Source of the DNA: Sulfolobales archaeon
Lineage (GTDB): Archaea; Thermoproteota; Thermoprotei_A; Sulfolobales; AG1
Direction of reading: 5' to 3'
DNA length: 64,000 nt
Assembly: GCA_038867615.1 (NCBI GenBank)
Contig: JAWBYA010000003.1
Coordinates: 1 to 64,000 of the forward strand
Shown: piece by piece, positions 1 through 10,775 of the stretch
Position numbering within the stretch: the first letter of the stretch is position 1
How the letters are laid out: each line of letters begins with the position of its first letter
Made by a program: the position numbers and the translations under genes
The notes under the pieces: generated by a model
Database searches by the model: none
Told to the model about the DNA's origin: nothing
The model's input: the letters and a program-made list of their open reading frames with translations, nothing else

Positions 1-386
1 ATCTCCTTCCTTACCATATATGATATCAGTTCCGTTGGTGCCTATTATGAGGTCGTTACCAGGTGTGCCTAATGTGTAGCTGCTCGTAGCGATCAATATA
101 GTGTATGTCTTGATACCAAGGCTTGTATTAAGGGTTATCGTACTACCATTGTTATACACCGTACCATTAATCCTAACCTCGTCATCAGGATCAGCGTCAA
201 AATTACCCCTCTCTATTATATAGCCATCACATATAACCCCGTTGTCTGTGCATATACCTGCTGCACCGAGAAATATAGCGTTGCCATTGGAGATACACTA
301 GCCACAACCACTACAATCAAAAGCATTGTAGAGGTAATATACCTGTATATATCTTTATATACCCATCTACACGCCACCCTGCCCAC
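1..386 (-). pseudogene. Secreted/surface protein with hemolysin-type (RTX-like) Ca-binding repeats, 5' part, frameshifted near 237-240; runs off window
   Basis: Frame 386-216 encodes a signal peptide (MLLIVVVVASVSPMATLYFSVQQVYA|QTT). The -1 frame from 240 continues GVICDGYIIERGNFDADPDDEVR...GTPGNDLIIGTNGTDIIYGKEGD (Gly/Asp nonapeptide repeats). The junction is at a G4 run. Confidence 0.65.
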
Positions 387-530
387 ATCCTTCGCGCTAA
401 ATTTGCATAAAGGTATATATAAATATATATGCTTCGTTAGAGACCATGACTCTCCTACAGATTCAGGCTTCTCCATAGCGTTTAATAACATTTAATACTA
501 ACCATCATCCATGGTATCGATCCGTCTTAC

Positions 531-641
531 TGCTGTGGTGAAACCCCTTATCTCGGCTCTACTGCAAAATAACCTATATAATGCTCCCACAGAGCTGTGA
601 GCTTAATACCAAGTCCATATAGACCATCATGAACGAGAAAC
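531..641 (-). mobile_element. Non-autonomous tnpB-derived element family A, truncated copy (left part only)
   Basis: Closely matches 26360-26465 (same strand) and the reverse complement of 43940-44046: gctgtggtgaaaccccttatctcggctct...cacagagctgtgagcttaatacc...catatagaccatca. Confidence 0.8.
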
Positions 642-672
642 GGTCAGCTACTAGGTAATATAGATATAGTAA

Positions 673-1010
673 GGGCTGTTTTTATATACATAGGGAGGAT
701 TAATAGGCTTTGGAAATTTTTGGAAATAGGGGGCGGCATGCCCAAAAGCTACTTCCCCCACCACCCAGGGGTATTTACAATCCTTGATAGATAATGTCCT
801 CGGTGTGGGTCTCCCCACATAAACCCTGGGTGGTGATGGGAGCAGCGCTCCAAGCCATCCGGGGCAAAGCTAGATGGGAGCCCCGTGCCGTTTGGCTAAA
901 AGCAAGCAATGACCCCGCAGGGTTAGAGACCCTGTGGGCTAGGTGGGAGTCCCTGGATAAGACCATGAATGAAGATAAAGTGATTGGGATGAACATCCAG
1001 GGACAAACGG
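673..1010 (+). mobile_element. Non-autonomous tnpB-derived element family B (IS200/IS605- or IS607-type internal-deletion derivative)
   Basis: Begins GGGCTGTTT and ends ACATCCAGGGACAAACGG. Contains a TGTCCTCGGTGTGGG (CPRCG) zinc-finger remnant and a TnpB-C-terminus-like peptide. Homologous to 33026-33323, 36789-37012, 25932-26197 and 40402-40574. Confidence 0.75.
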
Positions 1011-1447
1011 TGACTTAAAGTATTTTAGATCTCATCTCTATATTCTTTCAAGACGTTGTTTAAGGTTTAAGATCTCCTGAAAAGGCATGTCTATAATTTT
1101 GACAACGAACCCTGTATCTCTATATAGAGCTTAAAGCTAAGTGTAAGCTTGACCTTATTAGCCTTTTGCTTAACAATCTCTACTCCTCTTTGAACCTCCT
1201 CCATGGGTTGCTTCTTAACAGCCACATGGAGTTTACTGAAAAGTCTCGCAACCTCGCCTTCTATATAAAATCATGTTAAATCAATATGGTGATAAAGATC
1301 TACAGGTTAAAGAAAATCAGCCTCCAAACCCTATCCATCTTCCCAAGGGTTTCTTATGGCTGTAACACCTATGCCTCATACGATCTTAATTTAGGCTCTA
1401 CATCTATCCATGTTATGTTTGCAGAGCGAGTTTTGGCTCTGCATATA

Positions 1448-3193
1448 CTATTTTTGCGATCTTTTCAGCTCTTCGTCCCTAAGCACTCTTCTCAAGATCT
1501 TGCCCACAGGGCTCTTGGGAAGATCTCCTCGGAACTCGATGGATTTAGGTCTCTTATAGGGTGCTAGCTTATCTTCAATCCATTTTAACAGATCGTCCTC
1601 CTTGATCTTACCAACACAAGCGTCCTTCAACACAACAAAAGCCTTCGGGATCTCCCCAACATCAGGGCTTGGTATCCCCACCACTGCTGCTTCTTTAACG
1701 CACTCGTTGGAGAGAAGCACCTCCTCTATCTCCCTCGGATATACTGAGTAGCCCTTATACTTGATCATCTCTTTCTTCCTGTCAAGAACATAGAAGTAGC
1801 CCTCCTCATCCATATACCCAATATCGCCTGTTCTGAACCATCTGAGACCATGTGCGGTGAAGAAGGCTAGCTTGTTCTCCTCCTCTATATTATAGCCTTT
1901 CATAACCTGTGGTCCGGAGATAACTATCTCTCCAATACTCCCTGGTGATAGTAATTCTGGTTTCTCGAGATCTGCTATCGCTGCATATGTATTTGGTATC
2001 GGTATACCGATACTACCAAGCTTATTCTTACCATAGAGGGGGTTAACATGGGTAACGACAGCCGTTTCTGTCAACCCATAGCCCTCTCTAAGGACCGCTC
2101 CTGTGAGCTTCTCAAACCTTCTAGCAACCTCTAGAGGTAGGGGAGCGGCGCCTGAGACGCAGAAGAATAGAGTGTTTAACTTATACTTACCAACTTTGGG
2201 GTGATTATTTATGGCGTTATATAGCGTTGGTACGCCATGGAGAACATGGGCTTTATACTTCTCCACAGCCTTCATAAGACCCTCTATATCTGGTCTCGGA
2301 AAAACTATCACAGTACCTCTATCATATACTGCATAGATCATGACCGTGATAAGACCATAGATGTGATACCATGGGAGCAACCCTATGAATCTTAAAGGAC
2401 CGCTATATCCTCTCTTCTTCCTGATCACGTTGTAGAGAGGCTCTAGCTGCTGTAGATTTGCAGATATATTTGCATGGAGTATCATAGCCCCTTTAGGGGT
2501 TCCCGTGGTTCCCCCTGTGTACATGAGTGCTGCAAGATCCTCTGACGGATCTATCTTCTCTCTAAACGATGAAGGACTATGCGATTTGATGAGATCCATG
2601 TAGCTGAGAACGGTATCACTATAGCTTATTTTAGGCGGTTTAAGCTTCATCCTGGCAAGAGGCCTCATTATAGGACTCATATAATCCTCTATGCCGGAAA
2701 CAATAACTCTCTCAACTTTAACATCTTTCAACGCTTGCTCAGCATTCTTATAGATCACGTTAGAGGTCACCAGGATCTTTGAGCCAGAGGATTTCAGATG
2801 ATAGGCTATCTCCCTAGGGGTATATAGAGGATTCATTGGCGAAACGACAGCACCTATTTTTAGGGCTGCGAAGAAGGTTACAGTGTATGCGGGATTGTTA
2901 GGCATATGGATCGCAATAACGTCTCCCTTCCCAACACCGAGCTCCTTGAATGCTTTAGCAAGCCTATCGCTATGATCTCCAAGAGTCCTATAGCTTATCC
3001 CCCTCCCGAAAAAGATCTGGGCCTCTCTATCGGGATACTCCTTAACCGCCTTATCAAGGATCTCGTAGAGCGGGAATGGTCTTATCTCTACATCTGTAGG
3101 CACACCTTCATCATAATTTTTAGCCCAGACCCTGCTTGCTATGTATTTCTCAAACACCCCCTGCGAGGTCATAGACTGTGTAGAGCTCTCCAA
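1448..3193 (-). CDS. fadD: Long-chain fatty acid--CoA ligase (AMP-forming)
   Basis: YTGGTTGTPKG AMP-binding loop, GYGLTE, RTGDIG, LPKSPVGKILRR. Confidence 0.95.
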   Translation of the reverse strand: MESSTQSMTSQGVFEKYIASRVWAKNYDEGVPTDVEIRPFPLYEILDKAVKEYPDREAQIFFGRGISYRTLGDHSDRLAKAFKELGVGKGDVIAIHMPNNPAYTVTFFAALKIGAVVSPMNPLYTPREIAYHLKSSGSKILVTSNVIYKNAEQALKDVKVERVIVSGIEDYMSPIMRPLARMKLKPPKISYSDTVLSYMDLIKSHSPSSFREKIDPSEDLAALMYTGGTTGTPKGAMILHANISANLQQLEPLYNVIRKKRGYSGPLRFIGLLPWYHIYGLITVMIYAVYDRGTVIVFPRPDIEGLMKAVEKYKAHVLHGVPTLYNAINNHPKVGKYKLNTLFFCVSGAAPLPLEVARRFEKLTGAVLREGYGLTETAVVTHVNPLYGKNKLGSIGIPIPNTYAAIADLEKPELLSPGSIGEIVISGPQVMKGYNIEEENKLAFFTAHGLRWFRTGDIGYMDEEGYFYVLDRKKEMIKYKGYSVYPREIEEVLLSNECVKEAAVVGIPSPDVGEIPKAFVVLKDACVGKIKEDDLLKWIEDKLAPYKRPKSIEFRGDLPKSPVGKILRRVLRDEELKRSQK

Positions 3194-3368
3194 GCCTTAC
3201 CCCACAGTATTATTGTAAAGGAGAATTAAAGCTATTATGTTTAGTTGAGTAAAGCAATTAATACTAATCATATTAATAAGCTTATATATACTATTATTGA
3301 CCACCTGATTATGAGTATATATAGTAGAACACACACAAATGGCTTTTTAGCTTTTGTGAGATGTATAC

Positions 3369-4613
3369 GTGGTGATATATCTGGTTTTCCCCTTTGAAAG
3401 CATAGAGGATTTCAGCTTAAGGCTTTCCCCCGAACACGAGATCTTTAGAAAAAGTGTGAGGGAGTTTGCTGAGAAAAAGATAGGACCACGAGCCCTGGAG
3501 ATCGATGAGAAGGACGAGATCCCTAGAGATCTGTTGGAAGAGATGGCCCAACAGGGGTATTTCGGTATAGGCATTCCTGAAACATATGGAGGCCAGGGTG
3601 AGGATCATACTAGCGTTGTAATACTAACAGAAGAGATCTCTAGGATCTCCCCAGCGCTAACGGTTGTTCTAGGTACTAATGAGCTCTTCGCCGTACCAAT
3701 AATACTCTTCGGCTCCGAGGAGCAGAGAAAACGATACCTACCCCCAATAGCAAGGGGCGAAAAGTTCGGAGCCTTTGCTGTAACAGAACCATGCTGTGGA
3801 TCAGACGTTGCTGGGATCCAGACTAGGGCTGAGAAGAAGGGTGATAAGTGGGTTATAAATGGTAGGAAGGCCTTTATAAGCAACGCCGATCTAGCTGACT
3901 ATATATTGGTACTCGCCAGAACCTCGCCGCCTCCTGATAGGAGGTCACGCTACATGGGGCTTACATTCTTTATCGTGGAGAAGGATACTCCTGGCTTCAA
4001 GCTTGATCAGAAGTATGAGAAGATGGGGCTTAGGGGGAGCCATATATATGAGCTATCGCTTGAGAACGTAATAGTACCTGATGAGAATAGGGTTGGGGCG
4101 GAGGATCTAGGCTTCCTAATAGCTATGGAGACATTCGATAGAACCAGAATAGGCGTGGCAGCCCAGGCCCTAGGGATAGCCCAAAGGCTTTTTGAAGAGG
4201 CAATGAGTTATGTTCATAAGAGACAGGCATTCGGATACCCATTAGCCTTCTTCCAAGCAGTCCAATTCAGCCTGGTAGAGATACTGGCTAAGCTGATGGC
4301 TTCTAGATACTTAACATACCTAGCAGCAAAGCTAGCTGACGAGGGTAGAAGGGAGTTCACATTCGTAGCATCGCTAGCCAAGTTCTTCGCCTCTGAAATG
4401 GCTGAAGAGATAGCATCGAGGGTTATAAACCTCCATGGAGGTGTTGGTGTTATAAGAGAAGCCGGGATCGAGAGGTTTTTAAGGGACATCAAGATAATAC
4501 AGATCTACGAGGGTACCAACGATATCCAGAGACTCGTCGCATATAGGCAGTTAATAAGGATCCTTAGGGAGAAGAACCTAATACCAGAAGAGATTGCGAG
4601 GCTGGTCGTATGA
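3369..4613 (+). CDS. Acyl-CoA dehydrogenase (true start probably CTG at 3381)
   Basis: FAVTEPCCGSD, INGRKAFISN, KMGLRGS, IYEGTNDIQR motifs. Confidence 0.95.
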   Translation: MVIYLVFPFESIEDFSLRLSPEHEIFRKSVREFAEKKIGPRALEIDEKDEIPRDLLEEMAQQGYFGIGIPETYGGQGEDHTSVVILTEEISRISPALTVVLGTNELFAVPIILFGSEEQRKRYLPPIARGEKFGAFAVTEPCCGSDVAGIQTRAEKKGDKWVINGRKAFISNADLADYILVLARTSPPPDRRSRYMGLTFFIVEKDTPGFKLDQKYEKMGLRGSHIYELSLENVIVPDENRVGAEDLGFLIAMETFDRTRIGVAAQALGIAQRLFEEAMSYVHKRQAFGYPLAFFQAVQFSLVEILAKLMASRYLTYLAAKLADEGRREFTFVASLAKFFASEMAEEIASRVINLHGGVGVIREAGIERFLRDIKIIQIYEGTNDIQRLVAYRQLIRILREKNLIPEEIARLVV

Positions 4614-5791
4614 GGAGGGTAGCCATAGTTGGAGTTGGTATAGCAAAATATGGATACAGATCCGATGCAAACCTAGCAGAGATAGCATTTGAAGCCATAA
4701 AAGAAGCTCTCGACGATGCAAAAATAGACGCAAGGGATATAGATAGCTTTGTAGTGGGCAACACCGGGGTCTGGTCAAGCGAGCCCCTACCAGCAGTCTT
4801 GGTAGGAGAATACGCAGGGCTGGTTCCTAAAAACGGTATTAGAGTGGAGGCTGCATGTGCAACTGGGCTGGCTGCTACAAGGACAGCCTATACAATGATA
4901 GCCAGCGGTGAGGCCGACATAGCGCTTGTCATAGGTGTTGAGAAGATGAGCGAATCGACAACCCCACAGGTTGTCGAGCTAATAGGGAGAGCGGGGAACT
5001 ATTTCTGGGAGTTTGAGAACTTCGGCATGACGTTCCCAGGCTACTATGCTATGTATGCAACATCATATATAAAGAGATTCGGTGTTAGAGAGGAGGATCT
5101 CTGTGAGATCGCTGTGAAGAACCACTACTACGGATCTATGAACCCCAAAGCCCACTTCCAGAACAGGATCACTGTGGAGCAGTGCATGTCATCCAGATAT
5201 ATCGCCTGGCCCCTAAAGCTCTTCGACTCATCCCCCATAACGGATGGAGCAGCAGCATTGATCCTTGCCAGCGAGGATAAAGCAAAGGAGATCACAGACA
5301 GCCCCGTGTGGATCAGGAGCTGGGGCTATGCGAATGGAACCTCTAATCTAAGCAAGAGAAGCGACTATATAGGGCTTGAGGCAACCAGAGTCGCTGCCCA
5401 GATGCTCTATAAGAAGGCAGGAGTAGATCCTTCAAACCCTGCTAAGTATTTCGACGTAGCAAACCTGCATGACGCCTTCACCATAGCAGAACTCATGGCC
5501 CTAAGCGATCTAGGTTTTGTCAAGAAGGGTGAGGAGCATATGGTAGTAAGGGAAAAACAAACATATATAGGCGGTATCTTGCCGGTGAATCTTGATGGAG
5601 GGTTAAAGGCTAAGGGTCATCCGATAGGTGCGACAGGCGTAGGGATGCTTGTAGATCTAACTAAACAGCTTCAACAGAGGGCTGAGAAAGGGAGACAAGC
5701 CCCTATTAAGAGGGGATGGGCCCTGGCTCATAATGTGGGTGGTACAGGGCATTATGTGTTCACAACAATCCTCTCGGTGGATAAGCCATGA
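4610..5791 (+). CDS. Acetyl-CoA acetyltransferase (SCP2-type thiolase)
   Basis: VEAACATG catalytic Cys, HDAF, GGLKAKGHPIGATG, HNVGG. Confidence 0.95.
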   Translation: MRRVAIVGVGIAKYGYRSDANLAEIAFEAIKEALDDAKIDARDIDSFVVGNTGVWSSEPLPAVLVGEYAGLVPKNGIRVEAACATGLAATRTAYTMIASGEADIALVIGVEKMSESTTPQVVELIGRAGNYFWEFENFGMTFPGYYAMYATSYIKRFGVREEDLCEIAVKNHYYGSMNPKAHFQNRITVEQCMSSRYIAWPLKLFDSSPITDGAAALILASEDKAKEITDSPVWIRSWGYANGTSNLSKRSDYIGLEATRVAAQMLYKKAGVDPSNPAKYFDVANLHDAFTIAELMALSDLGFVKKGEEHMVVREKQTYIGGILPVNLDGGLKAKGHPIGATGVGMLVDLTKQLQQRAEKGRQAPIKRGWALAHNVGGTGHYVFTTILSVDKP

Positions 5792-6348
5792 GTGGTGAAA
5801 AAACAGTTATAAAGAAACTACCGGAATATATAGATAAGATCTCTGAAGAGGCTTTATCGATGATAGATAGATTGACGGCTGAGACAGGGCTCCCAATATA
5901 TATGGATCCAAAGACAGGGGCTCCGATGTGGCTCGATGTAAGGGAGCTGAGGCTAAGATATACATTGCCTGTGAAGAGCATAGCCGAGTTCTTCGAGGCT
6001 TTGAGAAACGGTGTTATGAAGACCACTAAATGCAAAGAATGCGGTACGATCTACTTCCCACCACAGATCGATTGTCCAAAATGTAGGGTACGGAACATGG
6101 AGTGGATAGAGGTTGAAAAAGAGGGAGAGCTTGTAACATGGACTGTTATAAACACAAAGCCTCTCACATTCTCATACCACAACGACTATGTAGTCGGTAT
6201 TGTGAGGATGCCGCAGGGCTTCAACATACTCGCATGGGTGAGAACCACAGACCCCAGAAAGCTCGCTCCAGGCGCCAAGGTGAGGCTAAAGATCGGGAGA
6301 AGGGAGGACGAGAACTATATATCATACTGGTTCGAACCTATAGAATAG
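5788..6348 (+). CDS. DUF35/ChsH2 Zn-ribbon OB-fold protein (thiolase partner)
   Basis: CKECG-x-FPPQIDCPKC plus OB fold; overlaps the thiolase stop codon. Confidence 0.9.
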   Translation: MSGEKTVIKKLPEYIDKISEEALSMIDRLTAETGLPIYMDPKTGAPMWLDVRELRLRYTLPVKSIAEFFEALRNGVMKTTKCKECGTIYFPPQIDCPKCRVRNMEWIEVEKEGELVTWTVINTKPLTFSYHNDYVVGIVRMPQGFNILAWVRTTDPRKLAPGAKVRLKIGRREDENYISYWFEPIE

Positions 6349-6354
6349 TTGTTT

Positions 6355-7422
6355 TTATTTAGTGATCAAAGCCCCATATATGCTTTGACCCTCGTATTCA
6401 TCCTCACCCTCGTAGTCAGGATCCCACCAAGAGATCTTCGCATCGCCATGTCTAATAACCGGCTTATCGAGGAGTGATAGAAGAGCCACTCTTGATGGCT
6501 TGCTCTGGGATACAAGCCTATACCCAGTCTCTCTGGCAAGCTCTTCAGCAAACCTCACAATCTCTTCATGCGTCGGCATATTCTCTCTAGATAGCCTCGT
6601 TACCGATGTACCGATATGCATGTAAGCCTTGATCTCTATAAAGGTGGGCATAGAGATCTCGATGAGCTTTGAGAAACCCTTAACAGCCCTTTCATCCATA
6701 TTCCAGCCCTTAACAGCTGTTATCCTGATCACTGTTGGGCATGTGAAGCTTGGAAGCATCTCCAGCGTCTCTAGCGTTAGTCTCCAGGCATTTGCAACCA
6801 GAGGTGCTGTGAAGAACTCATAGCCCTCTTCATCGTATGTCTCAAGCGATATGTATAGCTGTGATGGCTCTTCGTCTAGGTTTGCAAGTATATCTGGCCT
6901 AACAGCCCTGGTGACAAGGAATGTAGTGATCCCCCTTCTATGGTACTCCTTTATAAGCTCCCCTAATCTAGGATAAAGAGTATTCTCGCCTGTAAGGCTT
7001 ATAGCTACGTGTTTTGGATTCATTGCCTCCCTTATAACATGAGCCGGAACCCCATGGGCTTTATAGCCTGAAACGGTTCTCCTATGCTCTATAATCGACA
7101 TCTCTACAATGAATCTAGGATCGTCGATACCAACAATGCTCTTCTCATCCCACTCATCAAGCATATCTGTAGGTCTGAGCCTCCAGCAATGCATACAGGC
7201 ATTCCAGCACCACTGGGTCGAGACAGACGATTGGATACACCTGTGACTCTCTATCCCGTAGAACTTGCCTTTATAGCAGTATTTCCCCTCATAAACGGCT
7301 TTATGGGTCCACAGACATTTCTTAACAGCCGAGTGGGATCCTATTAAGTGGTACTTCTGGGATCTAAGCTTATCATTTATCTCCTTATACGGATCCCTCA
7401 CAGCTTGTAGCCTGATCGTCAT
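6355..7422 (-). CDS. taw1: 4-demethylwyosine synthase (radical SAM, Taw1/TYW1)
   Basis: HSAVKKCLW, CYKGKFYGIESHRC, CWNACMHCWR, HVAISLTGE. Confidence 0.95.
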   Translation of the reverse strand: MTIRLQAVRDPYKEINDKLRSQKYHLIGSHSAVKKCLWTHKAVYEGKYCYKGKFYGIESHRCIQSSVSTQWCWNACMHCWRLRPTDMLDEWDEKSIVGIDDPRFIVEMSIIEHRRTVSGYKAHGVPAHVIREAMNPKHVAISLTGENTLYPRLGELIKEYHRRGITTFLVTRAVRPDILANLDEEPSQLYISLETYDEEGYEFFTAPLVANAWRLTLETLEMLPSFTCPTVIRITAVKGWNMDERAVKGFSKLIEISMPTFIEIKAYMHIGTSVTRLSRENMPTHEEIVRFAEELARETGYRLVSQSKPSRVALLSLLDKPVIRHGDAKISWWDPDYEGEDEYEGQSIYGALITK

Positions 7423-7547
7423 AATAGCCACCGCTCTGTAGGCGCAACTATTAATGCGCACAGAGCCTTAAAAACCAGGAACAATGGAACAAGCGGTAAA
7501 TAAGAGTTAAAATAAAAATACTTACGACCATTATATAGAGGGAGATT

Positions 7548-8255
7548 CTGAAGGCAGCAATACTTGCCGGCGGTTTTGGTAAGAGGCTAAGGCCCCTCAC
7601 CGATGATAAACCAAAACCCCTTATAGAGGTTGCCGGTAAACCGATAATAGCGTGGCAGATCGAGTGGTTGAAAAAACACGGTATAAGAGATCTAGTGATC
7701 CTTGTCGGCTATAAAAGGAACATGGTGATAGACGAGCTAGGCTCCGGGGGGAAATACGGTGCTAGGGTCTCATATGTCGTGGAAGAAGAGCCTCTAGGGA
7801 CTGGGGGTGCTTTGAAGAATGCTGAGCACATACTTGGAAAGGAGGATTATTTTCTATTGATAAATGGAGATATAATAACCAACCTAAACCCTCTGGAACT
7901 TATAGAGGCTCTCGAGAAAAACCCAAGAGCCATTGCATCAATAGCCGTGGTACCTCTGAGAAGCCCCTTTGGAGTCGTTAAGGTTGATGAGAATAACATC
8001 ATTGTAAGTTTCGTTGAGAAGCCAGTGATCCCCGACTATATGATCAATGCTGGAGTCTATGCCATAAGACCAGAGATCTTCAACTATCTCCCCGAGAAAG
8101 GAGATATAGAGAGAACATGTTTCCCAAAACTAGCCTCTGAAAAAAGACTCGTTGCCAGGGTATATGGCGGAGAGACATACTGGAGATCTATAGATACTAT
8201 AAAGGATATCGAAGAGGTCTCAAGCGATATAGCTAGTGGAAGACTTATTATATAG
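7548..8255 (+). CDS. NDP-sugar pyrophosphorylase / nucleotidyltransferase (CTG start)
   Basis: In-frame extension upstream of the tracked ORF gives [24 protein letters not shown]. In-frame TAG at 7536. Also EPLGTGG, NGD and FVEKP motifs. Confidence 0.9.
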   Translation: MKAAILAGGFGKRLRPLTDDKPKPLIEVAGKPIIAWQIEWLKKHGIRDLVILVGYKRNMVIDELGSGGKYGARVSYVVEEEPLGTGGALKNAEHILGKEDYFLLINGDIITNLNPLELIEALEKNPRAIASIAVVPLRSPFGVVKVDENNIIVSFVEKPVIPDYMINAGVYAIRPEIFNYLPEKGDIERTCFPKLASEKRLVARVYGGETYWRSIDTIKDIEEVSSDIASGRLII

Positions 8256-8266
8256 GGCAGTAGTGG

Positions 8267-9169
8267 GTGTGTAGAATGTACGATCTTATAGCCCCCTTAA
8301 GCGGTGATCCAGGCGTTGGTAATGCGATAGCATCGCTATTTGGCAGCAGAGTGGTTAAAGTACATACCAAGGATCATCCAGATGGAGAGCTATACCTAAG
8401 ACTGGGAGAGAGTGTTAAAGGAGAGGATATCCTTATAGTTCAGTCAATGTACCCATCGCAAGATAGAAAATTCATAGAGACCCTGCTAGCCATAGATGCT
8501 GCTAAGAGAAGCGGAGCCTCTGAAATAGATGTTCTCATAACATATCTAGCATATGCAAGACAGGATAAGGTGTTTCTCGAGGGAGAGCCTGTGTCTGTTA
8601 ACACTATACTCAGGAGCATGATCCATGCTGGTGCCGATAGGATCTATGTGGTTGAGCCCCACTCAGATATACCATTAAAGACATTTAGAGAAAACCTGGT
8701 AGCAATAGATGGTGTAACACCCCTAGCAAGAAGGTTTGCTGGTGAGAAGGATCTAGTGGTCTTTTCACCAGATATAGGTGGCATAGATCGTGCTGCGAGG
8801 CTTTCAAGAGCTCTTGGAGTAGAGTTCCACTATATAGATAAGAAAAGAGATAGATTCACAGGCGAGGTTTCATCAACATTCCGAGAGGATCTAGATCTCA
8901 GCGGTAGAACAACAGTTATTGTAGACGATATAATAAGCACAGGAGGGACTATAGCTAAAGCTATAGAGCTCCTGATAAAGAGAGGATCATCTAAAGTCTA
9001 TGTCGCATGTGTACATGGCATATTTGTTAAGGGATCTGTAGAACGAATCCTGGGTGCAGGAGCTCATAGAATAGTGTGTGGAAAAACAACCAGCCATATA
9101 GTGGATCACGTAGAATATATAGATCTCCATGAACACATAGCTGAAGAAATATCACGCGCCAAAAGATGA
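8267..9169 (+). CDS. prs: Ribose-phosphate pyrophosphokinase
   Basis: HPDGE, YLAYARQDK, VDDIISTGGT. Confidence 0.95.
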   Translation: MCRMYDLIAPLSGDPGVGNAIASLFGSRVVKVHTKDHPDGELYLRLGESVKGEDILIVQSMYPSQDRKFIETLLAIDAAKRSGASEIDVLITYLAYARQDKVFLEGEPVSVNTILRSMIHAGADRIYVVEPHSDIPLKTFRENLVAIDGVTPLARRFAGEKDLVVFSPDIGGIDRAARLSRALGVEFHYIDKKRDRFTGEVSSTFREDLDLSGRTTVIVDDIISTGGTIAKAIELLIKRGSSKVYVACVHGIFVKGSVERILGAGAHRIVCGKTTSHIVDHVEYIDLHEHIAEEISRAKR

Positions 9170-9229
9170 TCTAACATCGTAAAAATCACTAAACAGTTTG
9201 CTAAGATCAATAAACATGGATGAAGACAT

Positions 9230-10126
9230 ATGGAGCTACATATAAGCGATATAGCCGGCTCATCATTAGCATCACTGGAATATATACCATTAACCCTATA
9301 CAGGGCATATGCCCTTGCGCTTGTCATATGGGTGTGGTCCGGCGATATAGATCTTAAGGGCTGTGCTACATGCCCTTGGGGCTCGCTCTATGAGGATAAA
9401 AAGTCCCACGACCTCATCAGCATAAGCGTGAGCTCGATCGTTAAGAGGGCTAAAGAGTTAGGCGTTGATATAGTCTTTCTACATGGAGGAGAACCAGTAT
9501 CTAAACCTTGGCTACCCTCTCTAATAGATAGGCTAAAGCCCCATGATATAAAAACGGGGATCAAGGTGAGGGCAGAGATGCTAGAGAAGCAGGTTAATAT
9601 ATCTTCTCTAAGACTTGTCGATGCAATATTAGTGGAGATCCCCTCATGGATATCTGGGGATCTCTTAAAGAAGATCCTCTATGAAAATATATCGAGCATT
9701 TTAAATAAAGAGGATCTTTATATGGAATTGTTATTAACCGACGTATATCTAGAGAAACAGCTATCAGGGAAACTGGTAGAGATAAACAGATTCCTAGAAA
9801 CGCTGCCCAGAACCAGGCAACCCGTACCAATAGGCCTCCAGGCACACGGGTTGGAAGAGAGCAGAATACTAAGCCTGGTCAGCATGATCAGCCGAACATG
9901 TATTGGAGTGTGCTATGTTATTGAATCCGGCACTAAGATCTCCCCAGAAGAGATAAAATGCCCCAGATGCGGAACCATAGCTGCTAGAAGAAAAGGTATA
10001 ATCGTGATCCCTGTCAAGCCTGACAGCACAATGTGTCCCAGATGTGGTAGTAGAATATTCACCCTAGAGCCCCACAGAGTTAGAAGAACAATACCCGCAC
10101 TATCACCAGTATATATTGGGCAATAA
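9230..10126 (+). CDS. Degenerate radical-SAM (PFL-activase/AmmeMemoRadiSam-like) protein with C-terminal zinc ribbon
   Basis: GGEP motif and CPRCG...CPRCG tail, but only CxxC (GCATCPW) of the CxxxCxxC motif. Confidence 0.6.
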   Translation: MELHISDIAGSSLASLEYIPLTLYRAYALALVIWVWSGDIDLKGCATCPWGSLYEDKKSHDLISISVSSIVKRAKELGVDIVFLHGGEPVSKPWLPSLIDRLKPHDIKTGIKVRAEMLEKQVNISSLRLVDAILVEIPSWISGDLLKKILYENISSILNKEDLYMELLLTDVYLEKQLSGKLVEINRFLETLPRTRQPVPIGLQAHGLEESRILSLVSMISRTCIGVCYVIESGTKISPEEIKCPRCGTIAARRKGIIVIPVKPDSTMCPRCGSRIFTLEPHRVRRTIPALSPVYIGQ

Positions 10127-10406
10127 CATAGTATGGGAAACCGATCCGTGATTAATCCTGCAATAGCCCCCTAAATGCTCTCAAAAGATCATAGAATATT
10201 ATCGCGGTAAAATGCGATATACAGAAGAGAAACGATGCCGTGAAATAAGATCGTCTCGATAGGCCTTTTATCGTAGGGAGAACTTTCCTGAGCTCGGTGA
10301 TCGCTAAGATCTTAATAGTTTCAACCTAGATTAAGGAGATATTAAAACCCGGTAAGGGTTATTGTTACTAGATCCAGGCATTTTTTCGATGCGCAAAGCT
10401 TGGAAG

Positions 10407-10775
10407 CTATGAAGAAATAATGTCACGCGCGGTGTGAGCACGCCAATTAACATTCTTATATGGTATATTTAGAAAACGTGCTACAAGTTCTACAAACCTC
10501 CCATACCTCGGGTTACCCATGCTTAGCCTGAGCTTTAGCTTTTCATATTTAGCCCTTATCAGCAATCGACCCTTGTCATCGTATATCTCAATAAATCCCT
10601 TTACCCTACGCTTTGGGTTCATAACGAGATCTACCTGTACATAGAGCTCACCATCCCTAGGCTCTAAAGAGATCTCATTAGCTTTACCAACTGCATATAA
10701 GGAGTGAGTAGAGGATCTCGAACCATCCGCGACCATAACCTTCTCACCCCTAATCACAAGAGGTATTCTTCGCAT
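10407..10775 (-). CDS. Hypothetical protein
   Basis: ORF with native codon usage; GGAGAGGT SD before ATG at 10775. Confidence 0.65.
   Translation of the reverse strand: MRRIPLVIRGEKVMVADGSRSSTHSLYAVGKANEISLEPRDGELYVQVDLVMNPKRRVKGFIEIYDDKGRLLIRAKYEKLKLRLSMGNPRYGRFVELVARFLNIPYKNVNWRAHTARDIISS

Noticed and set aside
1095-1270. Short minus-strand coding-like fragment (EGEVARLFSKLHVAVKKQ...)
   Set aside because: No start codon and no recognisable family; possibly a gene remnant but unsupported.
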